Below are positions 23,801 through 37,902 of a DNA stretch of 44,867 bases, in pieces. Within the stretch, counting starts at the first letter, position 1; each line of letters starts with the position of its first letter. Source of the stretch: Sphaeroforma arctica JP610 (taxonomy: Eukaryota). The notes under the pieces were generated by a model, which was given only the letters and a program-made list of their open reading frames with translations, ran no database searches and was not told the DNA's origin. The position numbers and the translations under genes are program-made. The stretch covers positions 11,163-56,029 of the forward strand of contig NW_014040084.1 in the NCBI RefSeq assembly GCF_001186125.1. The letters run 5' to 3'.

Positions 23801-26800
23801 GGTGTACCCCTGCCCGAAACTTTAGGACTGTGTGAGGACGATTCAGTTATTGGCACGCCCTTCTACATGATGCGATATGTCCCTGGACGTGTGTTCGTCG
23901 ACCCAGCCTTGCCCGGGATGTCACCCAAAGATCGCAAGGAGATATATGAGTCTATGAACGACGCGTTGGTGTCCATGCACTCTGCCGGTGTTGGTATGTT
24001 GTATGTAGGGGATATATGTATGGTGTATTGGATGTGTGTGGGATGTATGTTGTGTATATGAGATGTATGTATGATATATGGAATGTATGTATACGATGTG
24101 TGTGAGATGTGTGTTGTATATGTGAGATGTATGTATGATATATGGTATGTATGTATTTTGTATGTATACGATGCATAGTCTTCTAAATTGAACATAAGAT
24201 GTGTGTAAGGTGTATCAGATGTGTGTGGGATGTATGTTGTATATAGGAGATGTGTGCTTGATATATCGAATGTTTGCCTTAGTATGTTGATGGGTGTGTT
24301 ATCACGGTACATACTGCTGGAGCATACTACATACACTACTTATTTTTAACTCGCATCCAACCACAACTCAGATCTGGAAGGTATTGAGGGCTTTGCGAAG
24401 AAAACCGACGAATTCTTTGCGCGCCAAATCAAAACATGGACCAATCAAAGTGTGGGGGCCATCCAAGCTACGGTATGGCAAGAACTAGGGTTTTGGTACT
24501 AGGTTGATTGGTTCAGTCCTTTGCCTCGTTTGTAATGTTATTGTGAACGGACTTAAAGGGAAATGCAGGTGATGGAATTTGTACCATAGAGTAGGGGTTG
24601 GCAATCTGGTAGGGTGTTCGATCTATTCCCGGGGCTTGTAATTTGCAGGGCCAAAGTGGTCCAATTCGGGAGTACAAATTATATCTAAATTGTCCTCTTT
24701 TGCTTGTGTGTGATGTATTTAGCAAGGAAAGATGGATCAGATTGCCGATATGACATACCTGATCGACTGGCTGCCAAAGAACATTCCCGAACAAACACAG
24801 ACTGCGGTGGTACATGGAGACTTCCGATTGGACAACATGATCTACCATCCCACTGAGAACAAGTATGTTGCATAGTTTCTATATATATATATAGTTCTAT
24901 ATCTATATATGTATAGTTCTAAATCTATACATGTATATGTATATATATATATATGTTATTATATTATACATGTGGGAAGTTATTTTGTACATGCAGATTT
25001 CGATCATAATGCACTCATATATATATATATATATATGCATACACAAATATATATATATAGATACATAGATACATAGATATATGCAAATCTGCACCTGGAT
25101 CGTATACTAAACTCTCATTCGGTTCAATCAATTCATTTGCAGAGTGATGGGCATTCTGGATTGGGAACTGTCGACCCTTGGTGACCCCATGGTATGACTG
25201 TTAGTGTACCTCCAGTGTATGGGCGGAGTTCAGTAAACCGAGTCCAGTTGAGTGTATAAGTCGGGTTTATAATCTGGTGTATAAACTTCGATTGCCCGAG
25301 TTTGTTCACAGTTAATCAATTATATTGAAACATCTTCAATTTCGATTATCGGTATTTCAACTCAAAATATTATTCTCTCCGAATTTTGGCGTGTTCACAG
25401 TCGGATGTATCGTACAGTGGACTGATGTATCACCTAGTGGAGAATCCCATCATGAAAGGCCTGGGACATGCAGCGTAAGTACTCATGGGCTTGATATTTT
25501 GGGATATGTCCTGTCCCGTATTGATTTCTGGGTTGGTGAGTATCTTAATAAGATTGATATTTTGGGACATGTCCTGTCCCGTAATTAATTCGGGTTGTTG
25601 GGTATGTCAATGCCTTGCCTAACTGTAGATATCACGGATTGATATTTTGAGGAATGTCATGTTTTGTATTGTGTAAGATATGTATAGTGTTTTCTGAGTG
25701 GTACCATGTCCCAATCATAGATTTGGAGCGAGTGAGTATTTAGGATAAAAGGGTTCAATTTTTCTAACATTCTTTCCTTTGCTTTTAATACCTTTTTTTT
25801 CTCGTATTTTCTTCAGATTGCCCGAGGGAGTACCCACCGAGATGGAATTCGTAGAGCGTTACTGTCAGAAAATGTAAATACGTATTCTCATCATACGACA
25901 TCTATAGATTGTATTAATGGGTTGGGTTTTACGGTTTGGAGTTTTTAACCCCCTAATTGTTTTAATGGGGGTTGGTTATGAATATGTGGTGGTACAATGT
26001 TTGTCCGAATCTATTTGTATTCGTTTCAAAAATGTATGTATATTCGTCACACTCTTCACTTTCATCCCGGTAGTGTTACGTTTATTATTAACCAAGTTTA
26101 CGGTACGTATTTTGCGGCAATACGGTTTTCCAATTCGGGAAGTTCACGTAAGGTACGTTTTCTAATACCACACAGGGGACTTGATGTCGACGCGGTCAAA
26201 AGTAACTGGGATTTCTATACTGCCTTTGGATTTTTCCGGTTGTCCTCTATCTGCCAGGGCGTTTATGCTCGTGGACTGATGGGCCAGGTATGTGTCGGTA
26301 TACATAAGTATAGTGTGTATGCATGTGTGTTTATTCGTATACATATATGAAGGATAGACCGTTGTGTGCATATATATATATAATATGTATGTGTATATAT
26401 CAATTTACTGTGATTTTGTATACTTATATGCCAATAGTAGCCAGCACATACACAGTTGCCTAGGAATCTTTTACATAGTAGTAGTCATGTACCTCTTCAG
26501 ACATATAGCATTGACGCATTTACATAGTAGTCCTGTACTTCTTCAGACGTATAGCAATGATACAGTAAATGATGTTGCTGTTATAGATCAATACTCTACA
26601 TATTATAACCCGTCGTTACATTGAAATTATTGAAGCTACAACTCACTTTATCCCGGTTCTACATACATACTTACAGGCCAGTAGCACCAACTCGAACAAG
26701 TTCAATGACGTTGCAACTCAGTTGGCGGCGGTTGCCAGGTCTGCTGCTGACCGCGCAGACGCAAACAGCGCCTCCAGACACCACTCAGAGTACGCTCAGG

Positions 26801-29800
26801 TAAAACAGCCTGTGCGTATACGTCTATATAATTATAAATCTATATATATATATGTATTTATAGTTCTTGCATTTCCTGAGATATTAGAGCACAAATTTCT
26901 CGTACTTTACAGGCAATGCCACAGACAAGCAGAGGCTATCACACCTCAGCGCGTCCTTTGGGAACAGTCAGGCGTCGCCAATACTCTACCGCCGGCGGAG
27001 AGGTCTTCGGTTTGGTATGTCCGCACCACTGTTTTCGGTTCGACGCTGGATTGGAAACCTCTACAATCCTCCATAGGCCTTAACTTGGCCCTATTTTCAT
27101 ACCAAGTCGTGGAGGTCATTTCCTGCTTCGTTTATTATTCCCAGTACCATTGTCATTCATAGGCGTTCTATTCTTCTGCTTTTTTTTCTTTTGCTTTTTG
27201 GCGAAGTCTGAACGCGCTGCCAAGATCAAAGAAGATGTGATTGACTTTATCAACACAGAAGTCATCCCGCTAGAGCCCCTCTTCAACGAACATCAGGCGA
27301 GTTCAACTGCCGCTTTATGTGCTGATGCATCTTTATGTACATATGTATTTATATATTTATATATATTTCTTTTCATGTGCACTGTACGTATGTATTCTGG
27401 CAACTATACATATCTTTGTTTACTCGGCGGTTTTTTTTTAATTAACCTTGCATATCCCATTCCCTTGCAGTTTGACGAAAAGCGACAGTGGACTCCAGTT
27501 CCCGAGATGGAAGTCTTGAAGCAGAAAGCCAAGGCCAAGGGTCTGTGGAATTTGTTCTTACCTCTTGAGTCTGATCCCGAGGGCCAGGTAAATATTATAA
27601 ATATATATGTATATATATATCTATATCTATATATAACTCTTGCTGTACTGTATCTGAATTGCAATTAGTCTACCCGCTTGACATCTCCCACAATATTACA
27701 GTGTGCCTCTCACCTGAGCCTAACGATATGATATTGACCTCCTTCTTACAGTACGGTGCAGGTATGACCAACCTCGAGTACGCACACCTGTGCGAAGAGA
27801 TGGGTAAGTGCATGTGGGCCCCAGAGGCGTTCAACTGCAGCGCACCCGACACTGGCAACATGGAGGTACTCACACGCTACGGCAAGCCTGAGCATAAGGA
27901 GCAGTGGCTAAAGCCCTTGCTTAATGGCGATATCAGGTACGGCGTATGATGTTTAAGTGTATGTGTGTGCACTTACATACAAGCATAGTTATATAGTTAT
28001 ATGTACATATATATATATATGTATATATATATTCGACATCATCCACAACACGTGCCATAGTTCAGACGAGATACCTTTATCTCAATCCATCCGATAAACT
28101 TGTACCGTTTTCGTTTCTTCATACATCAGGTCGTGCTTCGCGATGACTGAGCCTGAAGTAGCCTCCAGTGATGCCACCAACATCCAAACGTCCATCAAAC
28201 GTGACGGAGATGATTACATTATCAACGGGCGCAAACATGTGAGTTTGTTTTATGTGATGCATTTGGAGTTGTAAAATAGTATGTCTAGAGTGTGTGTTGA
28301 GAAGGTTGTTTTATAAACGGTTAAGGATTATTTATAATATATTCTGTAGGGTGATTTAGAATTGAATCAAGCTTTTGGATTATCCATCGTATTCCGTTCC
28401 TAAACTTGAAAATACCAATTCCAAATTCCGCAGTGGACTTCTGGTGCTATGGATCCCCGGTGTAAGATCTCTATCCTGATGGGCAAGACCGATTTCTCGG
28501 CGGATACCCACAGCCAACAGTCGATGATTTTGGTGCCTATGGACACTCCCGGTGTGTACATATACTTCACCGTGCATGTGAACAGAAATGAAATCATAAG
28601 CACTACAACACTGTATATTTTACGTACATGTATGTACATATACATCACCGTATGTTTATGTACAAGTATGTACCTTTAATAGAGATAACACCATGAGTCA
28701 ACCTAGAGTACAACAAGAAATCCTAAGCCTACTACTGTACACGTGCTTTGCACCACTCCACAATATATACACCCCCTACACTACATGCAGCTACAAGTCA
28801 CATACGCACACAGACACAACATACACGCACACAATCTCTCGCCCATACTCAAGCCTATACACGTACATAAATGCACACCAACATACAGGTATTAAGATCA
28901 TCCGTCCTCTCCGAGTGCTGGGATTCCTGGATGCGCCCCACGGACACGCTGAGATCGAATTCAATGACGTGCGAGTGCCTGCAAGCAACATCTTGTTGGG
29001 TGAGGGAAGAGGTTTCGAGATCGCACAGGGACGACTGGGCCCTGGACGTATTCACCACTGCATGCGGTAGGTTGTGTGTGTGTGTGTGTCCGTCCGTATA
29101 TGTGCATATTCTAATGAATGCATCGATCTGTTTATATATATATATATTATGTGTGTCATCTCATGTGTGTCCTTTCATGCTGAATCCAGTACATATACCT
29201 GTCTGAAATACGTGTCCAATTCACTACTTAATATTTTTTTGTCCCGTTTTTTTATATCAGTATGATTGGATACGCGGAACGATCACTTGAGCTGATGTGC
29301 AAACGAGTGACTGAGAGAACCGCCTTCGGCAAGCCACTTGCAGCACAAGGTACATAGAACACATGTATGTGTATGTATTTATGTATATATATATATATAT
29401 AAATATGTATATGTATATATATGTATGTATATATATATCAAGCGGTCATAATTCTGCAAGATATGTATATCAAGCGATATTCTTCAGGAAAACTAATACA
29501 GTGTTGCTGACGGTTCACACATCTACGTATACATATATATAATATATTCGTATTTTCTTATTTATATTTACCTGTGTACAGGAACCATTCTTGCGGATAT
29601 TGCCAACTCTCGATGTGAGATCGATCAGGCACGTCTACTCACACTGCAAGCTGCCCACAAAATGGATACTGTCGGAAACAAGGCAGCCAAGCGGGAGATT
29701 GCTATGATTAAGGTTTGTGAGGCAATTTATATGGATGTGCATGTTCATACGTGTATGCTAGTCGTATCTTATGCGATAACGAATAGTTTTACGGCTTGTT

Positions 29801-30671
29801 ACGAATCCAGTATCTAAATTTATAATATCTTCGACCGTTACCTACTGTTCTTTTGAATTATATATGTATATATATTATATTATATATGTATATATATATA
29901 TATATATGCGGGCGTATAATACTGGCGTATCGAACGAGCCCTTGGTATATTCAATAGTGCGTGAGTTCATGTAAACGTTGAAATTAATATTCTATAAACG
30001 TACACAGATCAGTATTCTATTCACATACGTATAAATATCATTTTTAAATGCAATTTTGCTGAAGATTTAAATCGCTTCTCGCCTACTTCTCACAGATTGT
30101 TGCACCGACAATGGCCCAGACAGTGATCGACCGCTGCATGCAGGTACTGTTCTTTGGCTTCTGACAAGACAACGTTTCTTGCTTAAGTTTTGGTCGGGTT
30201 GATTGTAGGTGTATGAATGAGTATTCGCTTAAATTTTTGGAGAGTGACAAGAAGCCGTAGCACAACTTGTACAGTACGATTCCGAGTTGGAATTTGCGCA
30301 AGCGTCATTGTGGTCTGCTGTATATCATAGTTTCCTGTTCGTTTACTGATACATATTAATTATTTTACGTATACTGACTGATACGTCTTTATTTTTATAT
30401 ATTTTCTCATCTAGGCGCACGGAGGTATTGGTCTGACCCCAGATTACCCCATGGCTCAGTTGTTCATGGCCTCGCGAACATTGCGATACGCAGACGGACC
30501 TGGTAAGTATACATCCGTATATGTGTACACTTGTACATAATTCCATTTTTTTTTTGTATTTTCTCTTCCTTGCAACCGCCTAACTTTTACTAATTCATTT
30601 TAACAGATGAGGTACATCGCATGTCCCTCGGCAAGCAGGAGCTAAAAAAGTACGCTGCAAAGCGAACTTAG
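20886..30671 (+). CDS. ACAD10: Acyl-CoA dehydrogenase family member 10 (HAD + APH-like kinase + ACAD), 1066 aa, 26 exons: 20886-21153, 21307-21371, 21748-21951, 22169-22322, 22614-22856, 23249-23315, 23770-23993, 24372-24472, 24723-24862, 25143-25191, 25401-25474, 25817-25873, 26176-26287, 26677-26799, 26913-27014, 27207-27296, 27471-27587, 27752-27936, 28130-28238, 28434-28551, 28889-29066, 29261-29349, 29582-29712, 30096-30143, 30415-30502, 30607-30671
   Basis: HAD motifs AFDLGGV, TNNW, KPDPAIF, FLDD. Kinase motifs [36 protein letters not shown] motifs [51 protein letters not shown]. Exons sum to 3201 nt in one frame. Mitochondrial-type leader ending RYYST. Confidence 0.95.
23094..23202. 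repeat. ~40-bp intronic tandem repeat (3 copies, last partial)
   Basis: ttatacct(a/g)cctg...acatgaaatgct repeated. Confidence 0.8.
25490..25595. repeat. ~63-bp intronic duplication
   Basis: ttgatattttggga(t/c)atgtcctgtcccgta occurs twice. Confidence 0.8.
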
Positions 30672-31069
30672 ATTCAGCCGGATTAGGATATTTTCTCAAA
30701 GTACGAGTGAATTCAACTGGAAATCTCGGTGACTACTATTAGTCTTATCGACGAGGATCGGGAATGCATATTTTCAAATACTCGCGATAAGCGTGAATTG
30801 AGATTGCCTTATCCTATTTGAATCATAAGACATATATATATATAATGTGAATAAAACGTACGATTATCTGACAGTAGATACTCTATTCACTGGTCAAGTA
30901 CAGCGCTGGTGTCTGCGAGTTGTTCTTGACCGAGTTGAGCTACACTAGGCGTACTGGTGTATAGCAACGGTTTTCTCGCCTATTTATTGTGTGAATGATG
31001 AAATATGAGAGTGCAGCATATTCATAGTATGGTTTCTGAAATAGAAGTGGGTAATGTATATGTGTATTT

Positions 31070-31290
31070 TTGTATATATATATATATATATAATTATATA
31101 TATATATATATATAATTATATATATATATGTATGTGTGTAGTAATATATAATATATATTATTATTATATTGTTATAATACTATTATTACTACACACACAC
31201 ACACACACACTATATATATATATATATATAATATGTAATATTAGATATATATATATATTATGTATATATATATATATATATATATACTAT
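31070..31290. repeat. (TA)n/(CA)n compound microsatellite
   Basis: Visible dinucleotide runs downstream of ACAD10. Confidence 0.9.
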
Positions 31291-34200
31291 GCTCGAGTTC
31301 GTATGTGCTCTGTCGTTAATATTTGCTACGCGTCGCTAGCTCTGCACCATATTCTCGTACACTGATCGATCCCGAAAAGTTTCAGGTTTGATTCCAAATT
31401 AGCATGTCAACAACGTTCATACTTACATGTTTTACTGCACAACCATGTGCACAGCGGACACCTATCACGCACATCGATTCCATGCATGGGAATGTCGATA
31501 CATAAAATGACTACTGACATTAATCCTTGCCTTCTTATTTTTCTGATAGGAGATGGGCTTCAACACAGTCTTCTTAATGCAGTATGTAGCATACTGTACC
31601 TATCGAACCGTTCCATTACTGTCTGCGGTCACGACATTCGGGCTTGCATAGAGCATTTTTCCACATTGTATTGAATTGTAGGATTGCGTAACTTTTTAGT
31701 GTATTAATACATGTGAAGTCGACAATATATATACTACCGGGCATTCCGGTATATTCACATAATGATCCTCAAGAGCTTGCTCCAACTGTAATGTACAAAC
31801 TGGTAGCAAACATCCTCCCTTCTTGCTCAGGCAAAGATTACATCAGTCCAATAAAATAAACACTATGCTTATCATAAACATTGTATATCGCTGGACGGTG
31901 AGGTTGATTGTTTTCGAAGGATATCTGGTGCGTACATTCAGATAATAGCTGCGAACGTAGACGGTTTTTTTATATATACCACGAAGTCGTAACAAAAAAA
32001 AATACTAAATACTATGAAACGGTCATCTAAAGTTTTACACAATAATGAGCAATAGAAAGGAAAGACCTCCAATGCGCGATGGCGGGTCACTGGGGTGGTC
32101 TCTCTACTCTCACTTGCTCTGGGCACTGCCTCACAGGTGTCAAGATTCAAGAACTCAAGACGTATATAAATACAAATGTACTATGAAATGTACATATTTA
32201 CCGCCTCTACTAGTAGAGACCGTATATAGGGTTGTTGAGGAGATAGAGTGTTGAGAACTTGAGATATTTATCTTCCGTCTCGGCGGGTTCATTCATCATT
32301 GTCGCACGCGGCGTCTCGTTACTGCAGTGAAGCAAATATTAGGTCTAAAATACCGATCAGCTCTTTATAAATGGCCTTTCTTAGAATTTTAGAATTTCAT
32401 AAAACAATCACTATTCTTTTAAAATTCGAATTGTATACTTTTTTTTTAACTAACAGGATTTTTTTCTTCTTCACATGCTTCATCATGCGATCCTCCTACC
32501 TTTCTCTCGAGATATAAAAATAGTTCGTCATTCGCCCAGTAAGTTGTTAAGTTAAGAAACTCATTATGTTAAAAAAAAAATGAAACAAATACTCTTATTC
32601 ACTATAAAAAAGCCATCTTCTCTTTACTGCTCTCTACTCTCGAGAGAGTAGAGTTTGTAGATTAATAATTGCTAGAATACATTTATGCAAAAAAAAAAAT
32701 AAGTAGCGTTCTGTCACAGTCTACTTTTACAAAAAGGCCATTTATGGTTCTGTTCAAAGCATTTTATCATAGCCTCTTTTGTCTTTTTTAGGGGCTATGC
32801 ATTTATATGTATAGAGTATTTGGCTAAATATGTTGAGTATGTTCTGTTCATTTATTTGTGTCCACACAAATGAAGAAATAGAAATAAAGACTTTTAATTT
32901 TGAAAACAAAAAGAGAAAGATAAAAATCGTATATATATTTTAAAAGAGCATTTTTTTAAACGGCCTAATACCGGACATATGAGTCTATGGCCCTAAGGCC
33001 TATGCCCTATAGCCTTTTATTATCAAATTTTAATAATTATGGCCATTGAAGGGTAAATTTTTATTTATTTAAAAACAATATCATATGAATTTACCATTAA
33101 GTAATATGAGTAATGTTATTTGTAAATAGAATGTTGTATTTAGATTTTAGCATGGCCCTCTGGCCTCTGGTTTCTGGATTTAAGTCTGCGCTAAAAATTT
33201 ACGATTTGTTGGAAGGAACCTGATTTCTGCTCGAGACTCAAATCCAAAGGGCCATGTCTATAGTACATACTCAATTTTTCTTCACAATGAGTTAATGACG
33301 TCATGCAGCAATCGGTCAAATTCAAAGTCGGACAGACCAAACTATTCAATTTTCAGAAAACTACCTCGCTCTAGTAGTAGTAGAGTAGGACCATAGAAAT
33401 TGCGAAGTACTACATTATGCCTTGATATTGATTATAATACATAGACCGTCATAGAGTCACTGTGAGTTACAGACACTAGTAGTAGGTCTAGTCACTACAC
33501 AGTACAATGAAGGTTAAATAATTATGAATATACTAAATATAGATAACGAATAAAAAGTAGTAAAGGTGCATAGAAATAGTTTCCTTGGCCTTGAGTCACT
33601 GCCACTGACTGCCTCATTCCTCTAATTCCTCTCATCAGACCACGACTCCATCTGCCCGCCATGTAAATATTGTAAATATTAAAAATAGAAGCAGTCCAAG
33701 AGACCTAATAGTAGACTCTAAGACTCCGAGTCGCCACTCTTTAGCTCTTTAGCATCCGACTCCCCGTTCTCCGAGACCGAGGGGGACAAATGGTTAATAG
33801 TTCAAAACTTCAATATATACCTATAAAAAAAATAACCAGCATTCTTTTCAAGTTTTCTGAAACATACATTTCGAGTTTAGATAATACATTTTTTTTTTCT
33901 TAATATATAATTATATAACGATATATATCAAGACGGATGCGGGATGACTGTGACCTAAATACTCTCTATCTGTGAGTCCCGACTGACGACTCCTTGAGTC
34001 CATAGAAAAGGAATGGTAGAAAATATGTTTCAAAATTGAATAAAAGCGATAGGTCCGTATAACACTGACGTGTCCAAAGTTTCGTACTGTAAATTCTCAA
34101 TTTCCCATTACTGATTTCCTATCTTCGGGATTCGCCTTAGGTTTAGGGCATTTTTTCAATACTTTTTTTAACGTTTCAATCTGCTGGCCGACAGGCGCGA

Positions 34201-35494
34201 CAGCCCGATATATGTCTCGCACAGGCATATATTTACATTGTGTAGCCCGGTATAGGCGTATATACGTTACATTTTTCTCAGCCTCTCAGGTTTCTTGCGA
34301 ATATATACAAACTTTCTTTAAACGTTTATTCTTCTGTGGCATGGTTCTCAGCCTCTCAGGCTTTTTGGGAATACATACATACATACTTTTTTAACGTTTA
34401 TTCGTCTGAGGAAAGTAAATAAAGGCGATTCGTAAATATCTGGGCCTGTTCACAACTTAAATATGTAAATACACAGTCCAAAATAGGAAAATTCATACGA
34501 GCCCGGCGGGCCGGGGTAGGGCCCCTCTATGTAGAAAGACAAAAGTTCTTTTTTACCCGTCGGCGGCCGTTTGGCTTCGGAGGAATTTCTAAAGATTACC
34601 TGTTACTTTTTTGCTATGTAAATAGCGATAGGTATATGTCAACTTTAGCAACTGACGTCTGACTGACATATTGATTGGCTGATGTGGAGAACTAAAACAG
34701 GTCTGACTATCGGACCTTGAATATGCCCCCAAATATAAAAGTTTATCTTTTAACGTATACTTATTGAAATGTAAACGTATTGAGGTGGCTGACGTCTATG
34801 AACGGACTGACGGGTACATATTGCCCCAATTCTCATTCCTCAAAGGTAAATACAGTACATCATAGTGCTTTCTCTATCTAAAATATTTAACTCTTAGTCT
34901 TACACCCCAGTCTCACTCTCTTTTTTTTTTTTTTGTAGTTTGTATTTACTTTGTAGTTCGTACTTTGTAAATACTTTGTATGTACCCACCCGGTTTTGGT
35001 TTTGAAAGAAATGGTCTCAAGAATCTCAGACTCAACTCAGATTTACTCAAGCCTAGGCCAGAACGGAGTCCTGATGTCCTGACCCCTGTGTCCTGACTAC
35101 TGAGTCCTAACACAGGCAGCCATGAGACACAGAGCAGGACTGCAGGACTACAGGCTGCAGCCCCGGGCTCTGGAGGGTTCTGTTCACCTGTTGGGACTCG
35201 AGACTGGCGACTGGACTGGCAAGTGGCAACTTGCAAGTGACTATTTAATTAGAAATAATATCTAGTGAGCCCGGCGAGAGTGAGAGAGGCTCGAGAGCCA
35301 TGACTCCGTGAGGCGAGAGCCTTTTTGTGTTCTTTAGGAACAGTTTTAGGAACAGTATCCGCCCAGAAGGCTATGACCAAAATACATGGCCTATAAGGCT
35401 ATGACAGTCAGGCCGAGTCTAATGGGTTGAAGCAAATTTTCGGTATAATATCAATAATAGGGCAAATTAAGGCTGAGCAGCATCGAGACATCGA

Positions 35495-36457
35495 TTGGCT
35501 AATGCCATCAATGAGGATACATCCAGTGCTAGTGATGTGCTTAGCAATATTTTGCATACAATGGAGGAGAAAAGCATTAAAACAAGTAGTATTGATAAGG
35601 AGGAGGATAGTGAATCAAGTAGTGACAAAGACTCCGAAAGTGAGGATAATATTACAACCACTATGATAATAACTACAATATTAACGGTACTAACAAACAT
35701 CATTCCTGTTCTAGAACAATCAAATATGGTGCCTAGAGGATCACTTGTGTATTGGTTTCAGCCATCGCTCGATGAGATCGCTGGACACATGCTATAAACG
35801 AACTATTTCCATGTTGACATGCGCATAAGCTTACCTCTGGTTTTAGTTTTAAAACAAGCTATCACACCTATGTGTGGACGCGATGATGTCATGGGAAGCC
35901 TGAGGAACGGAAGCATCGATGTTGGGGTTCAATTATATCTAATTTTACGTAGGTTAGCGGGGAGAGAAGTAGCAGATCTCAAGTGCACACATGTAATGCA
36001 TAAAAAGTACTGTATATGCAATATTTAAACGAGTAACGCGTGCAATCAACGAGGTCAGTAGGGCTTTTAGGGTTTTAGCCCACTACTACACAAAAGTGCA
36101 AGGATATAGCCAAAGGATTCAGTCAAGTATCAACATTTGGAGTCATTGCTCACTTTGTAGAAGCAGTAGATGGATTTTTTGTCTTATTCTCTGGCCATTA
36201 GATGGCCCTTGGAGTGAATTGCCAAGTAATCTTTGATCATCGCTATCGATCTGAGTTTAATAATGTAAATATTGGCGTGAGTGATATATTTGAAGGGCGC
36301 AGAAGTAGTAAAAGTAATACATCAGAGTATAGTGTTAGAAACAAAGGATAGACCGGGACTGTTACAGAGTAATATTACAAGCGTGTGAGGGGTTTTCAGA
36401 CATACGTTATACGTGATGAGATAGATTTGAGTAAAAAAACACATATTGCGGCCTTAG
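35495..36457 (+). mobile_element. PIF/Harbinger (DDE_Tnp_4/HARBI1-like) transposase relic with stops, a frameshift and internal deletions
   Basis: Acidic N-terminus, then MRISLPLVLVLKQAITP...SIDVGVQLYLILRRLAG. After a frameshift: F*PTTTQKCKDIAKGFSQVSTFGVIAHFVEAVDG (36163-36174; compare CVGAIDG) and FSGH*MALGVNCQVIFDHRYR (compare GLNVQAVCD). C-terminal-like ...LRP* ends at 36457. Confidence 0.78.
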
Positions 36458-37785
36458 GGATAATATTCGGCCTTAGTGTCCAAATCTGCTACATTACCTG
36501 GTATGACACATATAGTAGGTGAAGTAGATGGAAGAGGATGGGGAAGGCCAGACTGGAATGTATGAATAAATCCGACACGCACAAGGCAAGATAACAAAAA
36601 GACATATCTATAATTTCAATTACATAGAATTGATGAAAGCATTATTTTTTTAGTTAGTTCTTTTTATTATTGTACATATACATGATATTTAAAAAATGCA
36701 GTTGTTGTTGTAGCTCGTTTTATATAATCATCATCATATAAATATAATCAAATGTACGAGTGTGTGGTCATTATGTATAAATACATAGATACGACTCGCT
36801 TTGCATAATCATCATGTATTTAATATTAAATGTACATAAAACATACAATGTTTTCTTTCATGATACTTTCGAGATCACGGATTTTTTAAATCTCAATACT
36901 GCTAGTTCTATTCAGTAGAAATTCTTATAAAACATACGTTAGTCGATATAGTTTACCACCAGCTTCTTTCAAATTATTCCGTACTTTTTTTTCATTGTGA
37001 GGGGTGTATGTAAATGATACAGCTTCAAAATTAGACAAGCAATCGGAGTCTTTCGCATAAGAGTACATAATTACAGGCTATACGCTAGCTTCAAAGCACA
37101 AAACACTCGAGAACTACATCCACATTTTGACTATCCCAAATAGAAGCTCAAAAAATTGGATTTCAAACCTTACCACAGCTCGTATAACTTCTTGCCGAGC
37201 TCGTCCTTCCGAGCGCTTTGCAGCAGCTGCCATGATGGTGTACACCAGGGTCATGTCCAACGGATCTATATTTCTTATCTGATCAACATACTTGGCGTGG
37301 CGTTTATACGGCTCATCTATCTCTTCTATTGTCACCAAATCTTGCTCCCATGCTGATATATTTGGTAACCATCGACATATCGTTTTGGTGGCTGTTGAAT
37401 GCTGCTTAGACGTTGTTATTGTTTACACAGTAATACTTGTCAACGAAGTCTTTGGCAAAATGTCCCGGTGACAAATTTGTCCATTATTCTAAAGGAATAT
37501 ATGTCCAGTGCAGAAATATTTACATCTCTTCCCGGGCATTATTGTTGAGTAGCAGTACAGTCACTAAAGTCTGCTTAGATGCAGTAGTTGTTAACTTCTA
37601 GTCAACTTCTATCTTGCGCCTACTAAGATATGTTGATCATGTATTTATTATTGCAAAAAGCTGATATTCGCAGGGCGACATTCTATCTGATGTAATCGTA
37701 GCAGGTGCGGTTCTCGTGTCAGCAAACGGATCAAAAAGTTATTCACTGTCTGCACAATTTTCTCCGCTTCTGATTGAACACCTTG

Positions 37786-37902
37786 GATGTGATCTTGAAT
37801 GTGATCTTCAGTGCGACCATGAATTTGATCTTGAATGTGATCTTGAGTACTATCTTGAATGTTATCTTCTTGTATGTGATTTTCTCAAATGTGATCTTGG
37901 AT
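37786..37902. repeat. Degenerate 12-bp tandem repeat (tgtgatcttgaa) running into the gap
   Basis: About 9-10 imperfect units; the minus strand reads RSHS-like repeats with stops. Confidence 0.8.

Noticed and set aside
31380..31940. Minus-strand WTDVIFA resembling the Tc1 W..VIFSDE motif
   Set aside because: No other DDE motifs and many stops; not supportable.
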